DNA of 29,014 nt. Source: Octopus sinensis (taxonomy: Eukaryota). Every line of letters begins with the position of its first letter. Position 1 is the first letter of the stretch. The notes beneath the pieces are model-generated. The model saw only the letters and a program-made list of their open reading frames with translations, made no database searches and was not told where the DNA came from. Position numbers and translations under genes: made by a program. The stretch lies in NCBI RefSeq assembly GCF_006345805.1, contig NW_021833169.1, forward strand, positions 1 through 29,014, given 5' to 3'. This document shows, in pieces, positions 10,867 through 22,210 of this stretch.

Positions 10867-13800
10867 CTATGTTTGACTTTTGCTTTATATTGTACAAGTT
10901 GGCTCCAAGTCTCACCCAGAGACCTCAAGAGACAACAGGGTTGGAAGTTCATGTTGTTGTTATGCCTAGTGTGCCATATATTGGGGGGTGGGGATGTTGT
11001 ACTAATGAATGTCTAAAAAAAAAAAAAAAAAAATTTTTTTTTTTTTTTTTTTTAAACCGAAAATTATGGTTGTTTTAAACCTTGAGGTTACATAGAGAGT
11101 ATTTTGCGTAGGATATGAGCAGTTCCCATGAGCACTATCTTTTGAACTTCTGCCATTTTTGGGTTTCCTGGTATCTGAGTAGGTAGCTATCAGCCCCTTT
11201 TTGCTATCATTCCCAGGGTACCTATGACAACAGGTATTGTTTTAGTCTTCAGCTTCCACATTTTGCTGATTTCTATTTCAAGATCTTTATATTTGCTCAT
11301 TTTTGGTAGGTCCTGACAGATACGTTTATATCGATTGGGACAGTCATATCAATGAGGAGGCATGTTCTTTGTTTGAAGTCTTTCAATATGATGTCTGGCC
11401 TATTTGCATCTATCTTCCTGTCAGTTTGAATGGTGAAGTTCAGAGGAGTGAGATGTGGTCATTTTCAAGCACTGGGGGTGGTTTGTGTTCCCACCAGTTT
11501 TTTTCATGGGGCAAATCCAGGTTTTACAGATTACCCAGTGAATATATTGTGTAGCTCTATCGTGCCTGTTGAGATACTCTGTAGGCGCTAGAAGACTGCA
11601 CTTGGAGACCACATGGTCAATGGTTTCATTTGTTGCTTGCATACACCGACACGTGGACTGCTTCTGATCTTTAATATGTTGGCCTGTTAGTTTCTTGTTG
11701 GTAGGCATTGATCTTGAGCTGCTATGATAAACCCCTCTGTTTCAGATTTTAAAGCCAGAGGCCATTAGCCATTGATGGGTCAGGGCTTTGTCGATATCTG
11801 CATTATTCGCTCTCTTTGGGTATTTGCCATAGAGAGGTTTTTCTTGCCATTTATTATTCAGAATATCTAAGGCCGCAGTTTTGGCACGGGTTTTCATGCG
11901 CCTAGCTTTTCTGTGTGCTTGTTTCTTGTATGTCTATCTCTAATTCCGAAATTTGTTGTATTCGGAATTCACTTAGTATTTCCTTTGCCTGTTTTGTGAC
12001 TGAGTATGATGCTTTCTTGTTTTCATGTTTTGAGACAAGTTTTAACATCCAGTCCTCAGAGTTTTTTCAGGTAGGTGTCTAGGCCAAATTGTAGCAATCT
12101 TCATTGTTATTGCCAGTTGCAAAAGACCACGGCCTCCCTCTTTTCTTGGCAGATAGAGTCGTTCTGTATCTGCCTTAGGGTGGTGCATTCTATGCATTGT
12201 CAACAGTTTCCTTTATTTTTCTGTCGAGCTGACATATTTCAGTAATTGACCAGTTAACATATTGAAACTGTAAGTCACGACTGGTATAGCTAATGCATTG
12301 ATTGCTTCGATCCTGTTTCTTGCATTCAGCTCTGTCTTGAGTATTGCTCTCACTCTTCGATAGCATTCTCTCCTGATCCTTTCCTTCATCTCTGAATGCC
12401 TTATTCCGTTCCCTTCAATTACCCCTAGGTACTTGTAGCTCTCCGCTGGTCTAGTTCTTTTATGACATTCTGTTGGTCAAGGTTAACGTTAGATGTTTCT
12501 GTCATTTTTCCTTTGATAAAGGTAGCCTTTGCACATTTATCGAGGCCGAATTGCATTCTGATGTCGTCACTGAATTGTTTGACTATCGCTAGTAAGCCCT
12601 GAGTTGTTGATCATTTTTTTGCAAAAAGCTTTAAATCATCCGTGTAAACGAGATGATTTATATTTTATCAAACATTTTATACCCGTACTGCGCGTCATTG
12701 AGCAGCTTTGAGAGAGGTATAAGGATAAACAAAAGAGGAGTGGTGACATGAGTCACCCTGGAAAATGCCACACGAATTTTTACATCACCAGCATTAGGGA
12801 TTCACTGTCACTGTTCAGAGTTAGTGTGGTTCTCCATGATCTCATACTTACAGTCCAGAAGTTTCGCAGAGTTGGTGCTATCTTATACATTTCAAGGCAT
12901 TTCTAATCCAGCTATGTGGTAGGCTATCAAAAGCCTTTTTATAGTCTATCCAGGCTATTGATAAGTTTTTTGTCGTTTGTGACAATCTCTAAGATCATCT
13001 TATTGATGAGTAGTTGGTCTTTACAGCCGTAGGATCCACGTTTACATCCTTTCTGTTCATTAGGGAATATGCTGCTGTCTGTTAAAAAACTATAGGTATA
13101 TTCCGTCAGGACAGATGTTAGTGTTTTGTACATAGTTGTTAAGCAGGTTATGGGTCTATAGTTATTTTGGTTCATTTGTTCTTCTTCACTTTTGGAAGCA
13201 GGAATGTTAACCCATTAACTAGCCAAGAGGCATCCTACTAGGGTGTTGCAAACATCATTGTACAGTTTTTTTTTAGCAGTTCATGGCTCTCTGGAAGGCA
13301 TTCAGCCAGAATTAGGAATTTTATCCTTTCCTGGAGACTTCCATTTGCTTGACCAGCCTGAGAGCAGATCTTATATCTTCTACCTTGACACCCTCCCACT
13401 TTTGGCTCCTTCTAAGGGGTCCAGTTCTGTAGATATTCTGTCAATCCAGGGGGCCTTTTTCGTTGTGTGTTTTTTCTTCTGCCCAGAATTTTTTCCAAAA
13501 TCTCTGCACTTCTCTTTTGATGGTACAGACCCTGCAGTAAACGCTGTTTTTTCCTATCTTCCTGTAAAAATTCTTGGTGTTATTTTTGAACATGTTGTTG
13601 TCCTTGAAAAATCTAACACGCTTTTCATACCTCGCTATGCGGGCAGCTTTGGCAGATACCTTTTGTTTGATGGTTTTTCTATGGTGGCATCAATATCAAG
13701 TATAGTTTTTTTCATTTGTATTTTTTTCAGTAATTTTTTTGGGTTTGTGGTTTGTAGTCTTGTGAGCCTTAAGGTTTTTCAAATATTCAATGTCAGATCT

Positions 13801-14830
13801 AATACTTTAATTGTTGTTGCAGACGCTCTTTGCAAGAAGGCTTTTTGTGGGACTGTTGCCGTTTTTCTAATCTTTACACCACATAGGATCGTTGAGATTT
13901 TCGCGGATGCATAGTATAGGGTGGTTGAGGTTTGTGATATCAACATCATTAACTGAAATTATATCCTTAAGTGCAAGCCGGATTTTACCAATTATTTTCA
14001 TGTTTTGGTTAGAGTTGCGGATTTTAGGAAGTGTATCACGCTCATCCATGCTGGTTTCTTTAATTTTCAGCCATTCAATCATGATTTGATTTTTAGCTCA
14101 TGTAGTTCTGTTTGGGTCAATATTTGTGTGACTTTCTTTATCTATTTGATGCTCATCTGTCTTAGTGTTTATGATTGGTTCAGGGCGTATTTCACTTTGC
14201 CTATCACTTATACTAACTCTTCAATCCTCTCTTCGTTTTTATCCGCCCTGGGCTGGTCTATAATCATTTCCTCTGTATTATCTTCTCTAGCGCAGCTTCG
14301 TTCATTTTATCCGATATTGCTTGTCTAACCCTGATCAATCTCTACTTCAGTCAGTAATTTCTTTTTATAATGTTTCTTCTAACATGGCAAGCTGTTACTG
14401 TCTATGTAGGGTCTTACTTCAGGTGTTTCTGCTCCAGTTTAAGTATGCTTGTACGTGCTAGACTTATCTGTGGGGAAATATATGGCATGGTAGAAGGCCT
14501 CAAGAACTTCTTTATTATCTTCCCTAGACCATTTTTCCTTCTTTTCTTTTGATTATTTGGTGATGAGCATGGATGGCCATCTGTTGGAATATTCCGGTTG
14601 TGGGGTTCGTCCAGCTCCTGTTTGTGTTGGAAGATTTGATCCAGTAACTGATTTTTCAATCAGGATTTGGTTCAATTTTCGGGTTCGTGGTCTTTTGTAA
14701 TCCGCGCAATGACCAATGCGGTTATTGTTTGATTTGTTGACCTTGAAGCATGACGAGCATCCATTCTTATATTAGGAGATGGATCTGTCAGTTTAAGGGT
14801 TTACTACATGTAAGCATTGCTCATAGCGCG
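10867..14830 (-). mobile_element. R4/Dong-clade non-LTR retrotransposon copy 1, near full length, decayed (ORF remnant ~14760-11088)
   Basis: Fragments in order on the minus strand: KWSREDNKEVLEAFYHA; NYRPITCLTTMYKTLTS; EQKGCKRGSYGCKDQLLINK; FQGDS; HLVYTDDLKLF (~12640); CRxCxxxxETIDHVVSKC...RHD; PDI..D; IPVVIGTLGMI; stop TAA at 11088-11090. A ~220-bp 3' UTR is followed by (TAA)n. Many stops and frameshifts. The 5' boundary is uncertain (14830-15030). Confidence 0.9.
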
Positions 14831-15805
14831 CTTCTTAGACTAGCGATCTATATTCGTCTGTATTTTTTTTGTTGATAGTTTTATCCTCCGGACATTTTTT
14901 TCTTTTTGTTTCCTCCTTTTCCTCCTCTTCCTTTCTTCAAGGCTTACCGTGTCTGTATTAGTTCGAAATAATGAGAATAAAATACGGAGAAGGAAACGAA
15001 AAGAAAGGGAAAAAGACGGGATCTGTTCAGTTATTATTGTTATTACTATCATCTTCACACCACCATCACCCATCATCAGCAACATCACCATCACCATCAT
15101 CCTCTTCAATGTGTAGCCACAGCCACCATCAGCACTCCATTGTGTTGAGAATGGGTGGTTAAAGAATTCATGTTCTTTGGGTCTATAAATAGCCACGTAG
15201 ATGGTGAGACACAGGACGTTAATGGTCAGTAAAAGGTCAAACCTGTTTACGTTTATTTATTTATTTATTTATTTTTTTTTTTCCTTTCTCTTTTCTTCTT
15301 CACCACATGCATATGTATATGTAATATATGTATATTCACTCACACATATTATCTGATGTTTTCGTCGAGATTTTCTTTTTCCTTTTTTTAAAATAACTTT
15401 CTGAGTTCAATGTTATTATATATTTTTAAATTTCTGAATTCAGTTGTATGTAGTAGGTGCTTAATTCCATAACTTTTTATCGTGCATTAATTGTGTTGTT
15501 ACAATAAAAGGTATTTAAAAGGCAATTTTACACATTCTTATAGTCATGAGAGCGACTAAATGTAAATGTTCACCCAGAATTGGAGATATGTATGTTTTCT
15601 AATTTTTCTTGTTAGGTGTACGTTTGTATGAGCTGTAGATATGTAAGTTTTTTTTTTTTTTTAACTTATTTTGAGGGTAATTCAAATTACTTACAGAAAA
15701 CAGTAGATCTTCCAGTTTTCTACAGTTACCTGCTGGGTTCGCTGTTGCCAGTTCAGAGCATCGTAAAAATACGTCCATCTCTGTCACGTCCAGCCGCCTT
15801 CTCTC

Positions 15806-15866
15806 TTATTTATTATTCATTATATTATTATTATTATTAATTATTATTATTATTATTATTATTATT
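15806..15866. repeat. (TAA)n array
   Basis: Direct reading of tta repeats. Confidence 0.95.
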
Positions 15867-16346
15867 GAGTGAGAGAGCAGTGCTGCCATCAAAGGGACAT
15901 TGGGGTAAAATATACGAAGCCCAGTATAGGCCATCACGACTACCCGTCTGATAAGGGTACACTAGGCACATGCATCACAACCATGTGTGCGCGAAATGGT
16001 GATCTCATATCAAGATAAACAGCGCATGACCTTGCAGGTGGGGGCCAGTTAGAATTTTCTTCTGGTCGAGTAGCCCATCCCGCCCAAAAGGTCCCTGAAT
16101 AAGGGTTGTTTAAGGCTGTTGAACGAAACACCCATGTTTCCAAAGGTGAATTATTCAAACCCCAAAGTATTCCTTCCAACACACGGTTATGATGCTCCCC
16201 TACTACTTCTACTCGTGATCAGAGATGCACATATCGTCAGCCACTAAGGGACATGCTCAACTGGTTATGGTCAAACAACTGACAAGCAAATATGTGGTAT
16301 TGAGCAGAATAGTTGCTGTAGCCCTTCTTTTATACCAAAGAAGGGC
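15867..16346. mobile_element. ~480-bp non-coding element between two (TAA)n arrays; putative non-autonomous repeat
   Basis: Sharp boundaries at TAA arrays 15806-15866 and 16347-16361, higher GC than its flanks, no credible ORF, no obvious Pol III A/B boxes, and a 10-bp terminal hairpin gcccttcttt/aaagaagggc at 16321-16346. Confidence 0.55.
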
Positions 16347-16361
16347 TTATTATTATTATTA

Positions 16362-19300
16362 CTTTTTTTTTCTTCTTTCAAATTTGCTTCCATTTCTTGC
16401 CGACTGTCTTCCCGACTCCTAGGGTAAAGAAACTCATAGTATACATTGGTAGGCCATTAAACCAAACTCAATAATTCGTTCATTTTTTTTTCAAGTTAAA
16501 TTAAAATACATGAGCAGCAACAGTTCTCACATCGACAATGCTCTTCTCAATACGTGTGATGTACCAGTTAAGACAATCTTTTGCACTTCTTGCAGGGATG
16601 GTAAGCCAGGGATCATCCTCATATATTTTCGGTTCCCTTCTTGATCATTCCTAGTGCTCCTACGATCACTGGTATTGTAACCGCCTTGAGATGCCACATT
16701 TTCTCAATTTCAATGAGTAGGTCTTTATATTTTCTGAGCTTGTCAAACTCTTTCGCTGAGATATTATGATCACAGGGGATGCTCATGTCGATCAATAAGC
16801 AAACTTTATTGTTTTGGTCTTTCACAACAATATCTGGTTTATTGGCCTTGATGGTTCGGTCTGTATGTACTGGAAAGTCCCACAGAATGGTTACATTTTC
16901 TCCTTCAGTTACAGCCTCAGGGTGGTGATTATACCACTTGTCGGCAGTTTTGATATTGTAATGCCGACTTATTAGCCAGTGTAGATATTGGCCAACTCTA
17001 TCATGTCTCAATTTATACTCCACTGGTGCTAAGACTTTACATCCAGAGATTAGGTGGTCCACTGTTTCAATCATGTCGTTGCAGAATCGGCATTTTGGGT
17101 CTGCTCCATTTTTCATCACATTGGCCTGGTAGTTCCGGGTTAATAGGCTTTGATCTTGAGCAGCCAGGATGAAACCTTCGCTCTCTGCTTTTAGCCCTGA
17201 GCTCCGTAGCCACTGATGGGTTTGCTTCTGGTCAACATCAGCTTGTTTGCTGCGGGCCACATATTTGTCGTACAGAGGCTTCTCCTCCCACCTATCAGCC
17301 AATTGCTCGTGCGCTTTTTTCCTTGCCATTATTTTCACCTTCTTTGCAACAATAGTTGCCGTACTTCCCTCGGGTTGTTCAGTTTGGGTATCCTGCACGA
17401 GATCAATAGCAAATCTTTTGCTTTCCTTTATGATAGAATGAAGCTTCTTTCGTCTCTCGTGATTTTCCACGAGCTTTAGCATCCAGTCATTCGATATTTC
17501 GAGATATTTGGCCAGTCCAATTGTGGTTGTTTTGTAAGCTAGTTCAAATTGGATCAGGCCTCGACCTCCTTGGGCTCTGGGAAGGTAAAGGCGATCTACG
17601 TCTGCCTTTGGGTGGTGCATCCTATTACAACTCAGCAGCTTGCGTATTTTCCTATCTATATTCTTTACTTCACTCATATTCCAGTTCAACACATTGTAGC
17701 TATAAGTAACAACTGGAACTGCTAAGGAATTTATAGTTAACACCTTGTTACGTGCATTTAGTTCAGATTTCAGGACTGCACGAACTCTCCTATAACATTC
17801 CTTCCTGATCTTCTCTTTCATGCTTGCATGCTGAATACCAGAGCCTTCATTTATCCCTAAATATTTGTATGTTTGTTCTTGCTCAAGCTCTCTTATGACT
17901 GTGTCAACATCTACCACGACTGAATTTGTGGTCTTCACTTTCCCTTTCTGGAAAGTGGCCTTGGCACACTTCTCAAGTCCAAACTCCATCCCGATGTCAT
18001 CACTGAATGCTTTCATAGTGCGCAGTAGGCCTTCAAGTTCATTATTGTCTTTACCATAGAGTTTTAAGTCATCCATATAAAATAGATGGCTTATTTTTTT
18101 ATTGGCAATTTTATACCCATACCCTGTTCTGTTTAATTCACTTGTAAGGGGTATTAGGGCTATGCAGAATATCAAAGTTGAAAGTGAGTCACCTTGAAAA
18201 ATTCCACAGTTGATGTTTATATTTTCTGAGGCAAGTACTCCATTAGGGTGGTATAATTGGAGATTCGTATTCCACAACGACATATTGTGCTTCAAGAAGT
18301 TTGAAATCACAGGGGAAATTTTGAAGATGTCCAGCGATCTCAAGGTCCATGGATGCGGTATACTGTCGAAGGCCTTTTTATAATCAATCCATGCGGAGCT
18401 GAGATTTCTGCGCTTCTTGTGACAGTTCTCAAGGATCATACGATTAATTAGCAGTTGATCTTTGCATCCGTAAGAGCCTCGGCGGCACCCTTTTTGTTCA
18501 ATGGGGAAAATATCGTTCTTCTCCATGAATGCATATGTTTTCTCCGCCAGGATAGACGTTAGGATTTTATACGTGGTAGATAGACAGGTTATAGGCCGAT
18601 AGTTTTTTGGAAGGTTGGTTTCGTTATTCTTTGGGAGTAAGTAAGTAATGCCACTTGCTAACCATTCAGGTGTTTTCTTTGGGTCTCTCATAATTCCATT
18701 GAGCAGCTGAACTAGCTTACCGTGTGCGCATGGGAGCGATGCGAGCCAGAAATTCGGCACCCTATCTTTACCGGGGGATTTCCAATTATGGGCCTTCGTG
18801 AGTGCCTTTCTTAGGTCTGCTATTGTGATGTCTTCCCATGCTTGTTGATGTAAATTTTGGTAGGATCCTTCAGTTTGTATAATCCAGTCTGCATTTATGT
18901 TGTACGTCTTCTTGTCACTCCAAATCCTTTTCCAAAAGTTTTGAACTTCTTCCATGGGAGGGGGTCTTTAACGGTTACTTTCTCCTTCCCTATTTCTCTG
19001 TAGAATTTTTTGGCATTGGATGTGAACAGCTTATTTTGCTTGTAAAACTTGTTTCTCTTCTCAAATCTAAGTATTCTTTGGGCTTTTGCTTGGACTTTTG
19101 TTTCAGCGTTTCTTTTATTGATATCAGTTCTTCTCTTGGTGAGGATCCAAATTTTCTCTTCATCTTTCTTCTTGTTCTGGATCTTACATCATTTCCACAT
19201 ATTAGTTCATTTAATATTGATATTTCCCCTCTCATAAATTCAATCTCTTTTTCAATTTTACTTCTCCAGGTTTGATTCTTCCCAGGTTTGGTTTTCTTTG

Positions 19301-19885
19301 TTTTTCGGGGGCATACAGCTGGTTTCAATTGCCCTAGCAGAAGCGTAAATAATTCATTTAACTCAGTAAAATCAGGTTTTAATTCTTGTATTATTTCATT
19401 TGTTACATAGTTGCCAATTTGGATTTGTTTTTTTTATTTTGGTTTGTATTTGAGAGTTTATGAAGTGGTTCTCTATCATTCATACTTGTATATCTTACAA
19501 CTTCAAGCGTATGCAGGATTTTCTGCCTCATTTCTGCCATAGACTCTCTGTGTTCTTCAGCAAATGCGAGATCTTCAGTTACTGTTGTTTTATCGTTTTC
19601 CTGGCTATCTTTAACAGGTACAATAGAATTTCTTGTATCTTCAGGCCTTTGCGTACTTTGGTCAGATGGCAGTCTTTCAATTAAGCCTCGTGGCGGGCTA
19701 TACTGTTCATCTGATTCTTCATTTCCTTTGTGTCTTATATTTATGTCATTTTCCGTTGCGTGCTTGATCGCGCTTATTTCACTGTCTGTGAGCCTGTTAT
19801 TTCTAAGGATATCCCTCCTCACATTTGCTAATTTGTTCTCGTCCAAATAGGGCCTACTGTCTTGATTCCGTGTTCTCCATATAGT
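16362..19885 (-). mobile_element. R4/Dong-clade non-LTR retrotransposon copy 2, 5'-truncated, young
   Basis: N-terminal IWRTRNQDSRPYLDENKLANVRRDI, a long RT-RLE ORF, a ~165-bp 3' UTR ending at (TAA)5 (16347-16361), and a 5' end abutting a mariner fragment at ~19885-19890. Confidence 0.93.
16619..18955 (-). CDS. Reverse transcriptase, CCHC zinc knuckle and restriction-like endonuclease (R2-group, R4/Dong clade). The true C-terminus probably extends to TGA 16527-16529 via a 1-nt frameshift.
   Basis: 778 aa with no stop: NYRPITCL, EQKGCRRGSYGCKDQLLIN, WIDYKKAFDS, GIFQGDSLS, YMDDLKLY, YKYLG, CRFC-x8-H-x4-C, RHD, KPDIVVKD...IDMSIP...K..KY. The shifted frame continues YMRMIPGLPSLQEVQKIVLTGTSHVLRRALSM*. 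Confidence 0.93.
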   Translation of the reverse strand: MEEVQNFWKRIWSDKKTYNINADWIIQTEGSYQNLHQQAWEDITIADLRKALTKAHNWKSPGKDRVPNFWLASLPCAHGKLVQLLNGIMRDPKKTPEWLASGITYLLPKNNETNLPKNYRPITCLSTTYKILTSILAEKTYAFMEKNDIFPIEQKGCRRGSYGCKDQLLINRMILENCHKKRRNLSSAWIDYKKAFDSIPHPWTLRSLDIFKISPVISNFLKHNMSLWNTNLQLYHPNGVLASENININCGIFQGDSLSTLIFCIALIPLTSELNRTGYGYKIANKKISHLFYMDDLKLYGKDNNELEGLLRTMKAFSDDIGMEFGLEKCAKATFQKGKVKTTNSVVVDVDTVIRELEQEQTYKYLGINEGSGIQHASMKEKIRKECYRRVRAVLKSELNARNKVLTINSLAVPVVTYSYNVLNWNMSEVKNIDRKIRKLLSCNRMHHPKADVDRLYLPRAQGGRGLIQFELAYKTTTIGLAKYLEISNDWMLKLVENHERRKKLHSIIKESKRFAIDLVQDTQTEQPEGSTATIVAKKVKIMARKKAHEQLADRWEEKPLYDKYVARSKQADVDQKQTHQWLRSSGLKAESEGFILAAQDQSLLTRNYQANVMKNGADPKCRFCNDMIETVDHLISGCKVLAPVEYKLRHDRVGQYLHWLISRHYNIKTADKWYNHHPEAVTEGENVTILWDFPVHTDRTIKANKPDIVVKDQNNKVCLLIDMSIPCDHNISAKEFDKLRKYKDLLIEIEKMWHLKAVTIPVIVGALGMIKKGTENI

Positions 19886-19889
19886 GGAA

Positions 19890-20590
19890 AGTGGAAGTTT
19901 GTTCTGATCTGCTGCAATCGTTTGAAACCAAAGATAACATGTTTTGTTCTGATCTGGTGACAGTTGATGGAGTGTAGTCGTGTGTTGGAATTCGAAATCG
20001 GAAGCTTAGTCCATGGAGGGGAGTCACATCTCTGCTCCAAGACTGAAGAAGTTCCAGAGCCAGCAATCGGTAGAAAAAGTCATGGGGGTTTGGATAGAAA
20101 GACAAGGGGGCCGTTCTCCTTCCTTTTCTAGAATGAGGTTGTACAATAAGGGGTACATTGTGTCTATTAAAAACTTTAGAAATGCCATTAGGAAGGGGAT
20201 ACTGAATAAATATCTGAGAAGGTTCGACGTTTACCATGGTAATGCGCGTCTATATTCCTCTTTGACAACAAAGCAGGTATTTGGCAATTAGGGCAGATCA
20301 GAGGTCCGCCGGCTACCCTACAACCCGACTGTTGCGCCCTCCGACTTCCATTTATTCGGTCCAATGGAGGATATATTTCGGGGACAACGATTTGATGAGA
20401 CATGCGAGATGAACGTGGTTGTGAAGTAGTGGGTGCAACTGTGCACAGCTTAATTTGATGGGAAAAAGTTGGGCCCAGCGATGGAACAAATGCATCGCGA
20501 GTGATGGAGACATATTGAGTAGTTGCTTTGTATAGAGGAAAAATTATTCTACCGACATATGCAATTTGTCAAACAATAAAAAAGTAATGC
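19890..20590 (+). mobile_element. Mariner (DD34D) transposase C-terminal remnant, decayed
   Basis: VEVCSDLLQSFETKDNMFCSDLVTVD; SMEGSHISAPRLKKFQSQQSVEKVM; YHGNAR (second D mutated to G) then 34 residues to PYNPTVAPSDFHLFGPM; RWNKCIASDGD. N-terminal half and intact TIRs are missing. Confidence 0.88.
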
Positions 20591-20636
20591 CTACGTCAGC
20601 ATCACATTTGGTGTGTGTTTGCGCATGTATGTATAT

Positions 20637-20977
20637 ATTTCTTTATTGCCCACAGGGGGCTAAACATAGAAGGGACAAACAAGGACACACAAAGGGATTA
20701 AGTCGATTACATCGACCCTAGTGCGTAACTGGTACTTATTTAATCGACCCCGAAAGGATGAAAGGCAAAGTCGACCTTGGCGGAATTTGAACTCAGAACG
20801 TAACGGCAGACGAAATACTTATTTCTTTATTGTCCACAAGGGGCTAAACATAGAAGGGACAAACAAGAACAGACAAAAGGATTAAGTCGATTACATCGAC
20901 CCCAGAATGTAACGGCAGACGAAATACTGTTAAGCATTTCGCCCGGCGTGCTAACGTTTCTGCCAGCTCGTCGCCCT
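20637..20977 (-). mobile_element. tRNA-derived SINE family 2, rearranged tandem dimer
   Basis: Minus-strand head ggcgacgagctggcagaaacgttagc, B-box gagttcaaattcc, central gcctttcatcctttcggggtcgat (resembles the conserved core of widespread metazoan SINE superfamilies; exact family unassigned). The tail ...aataaagaaat occurs twice (20637 and 20821). Confidence 0.88.
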
Positions 20978-21050
20978 ATGTATGTATATATGTATGCATG
21001 GATGCGCGCGCGTGCTCTTGTGTATATGTATGTATGTGTGTTTGTGTGTC

Positions 21051-21281
21051 TGTGTTTGTACCCGTACCATCGCTTGACAACCGATGCTGGTGTGTTTACG
21101 TCCCCGTAACTTAGCGGTTCGGCATAAGAGACCGATAGAATATGTACAACATAAGAGACAGATAGAATAAGCTTACAAAGAATAAATCCTGGGGTCGATT
21201 TGCTCGACTAAAGGCGGTGCTCCTGCATGGCCGCAATCGAATGACCGAAACAAATAAAAGAATGAAAGAATAAAAGAATAA
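21051..21281 (+). mobile_element. 3' half of SINE family 1 with an internal 20-bp duplication
   Basis: Colinear with 5200-5350. cataagagac(c/a)gatagaata is repeated at 21123 and 21150; tail is (aaagaat)n. Confidence 0.88.
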
Positions 21282-21342
21282 ATTGAATATATTCTAAACC
21301 TTACAAGCTATGAAATTCTCTGTCTGTTTATTATGTATGTGT

Positions 21343-21585
21343 GGAGGCACGTGGCTTAGTGGTTAGGGTGTCAGCATCATGATCGTAAGATTGTGGTTTC
21401 GATTCCTGGACCGGGAGACGCGTTGTGTTCTTGAGCAAAACACTTCATTTCATGTTGCTCCAGTCCACTCAGCTGGCAAAAATGAGTAACGCTGTGATGG
21501 ACTGGCATCCCGTCCAGCTGGGGAACACATACGCCATAGAAACCAAGCCCATGAGCCTGGCTAGGCTTTAAGAGGGAGCATTTAT
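21343..21585 (+). mobile_element. tRNA-derived SINE family 3
   Basis: A box tggcttagtgg, B box ggtttcgattcc, body gttgtgttcttgagcaaaacactt...gatggactggcatcccgtccag, tail tttattcatt. Confidence 0.8.
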
Positions 21586-22098
21586 TCATTATTTTATATT
21601 ATGTATTATGTGAACTTGCTTTTATGTTTACATTTCGCCCACTAAATGTTGCCCATTTGTTGTAACCTCTCACATAGACCCCCACCCCCATGGTGTCTCT
21701 TGTTCCCCCTCGTTCCATATGAACTATTTTTCCTATCAGTCTTCTTACGCCAATGCAGTTCAACCCCTTTTCTTCCCGTATTATCCAAAACAATTTCTTT
21801 TATATAATTATACACACACACGCACATACACACAAACACACTTACAAACATATACAGTTGCACACACATATATATGCTGTTGACGTCATAAGAATTTATA
21901 AATTTTCCAGAGAATAGGAAATAATTGTTTTTCGGAATTGGATCTCGAAGTACATATAAAGCTACAAATAATATTTAAATGCTATTACCTATAGCTTTAT
22001 ATGTGGTACTATTAAGCTAGACATGACCCGGGCCTATACTAGCCGAAACCTATCAAATTTATCAAAGTTAAGTTATATATATATATATATATATATAT

Positions 22099-22210
22099 AA
22101 GAGTGTAGGCTCGAAACGTAAAATACGTTTTCAATTCCTGAGCGTTATACTAATACATCTGTTTGTTTTCTACACCACTTGTCTTCGTCTTTTGTTTTTT
22201 CGTGAACTCT

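Noticed and set aside
13243-14552. Plus-strand ORFs of 223 aa, 107 aa and shorter, also at 17216-18059 and 19036-19684
   Set aside because: They are antisense shadows of the Dong ORFs with no recognisable motifs.
14840-15240. Minus-strand frame FDLLLTINVLCLTIYVAIYRPKEHEFFNHPFS as a membrane-protein exon, possibly linked to a cag|gtaact donor near 15730
   Set aside because: The upstream AG has a purine-rich tract rather than a pyrimidine one, the phases do not match the putative upstream exon, and the frame runs into simple repeats.
16200-16346. HDV-like ribozyme at the end of the 480-bp element
   Set aside because: A P3/L3-like segment (guc-ccuuagu-ggc) exists on the minus strand, but P1 lacks the G-U base pair and there is no GG for P1.1. 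Not supportable by eye.
21599-21869. Short minus-strand ORFs and a possible plus-strand acceptor near 21740
   Set aside because: No motif and no convincing donor site.
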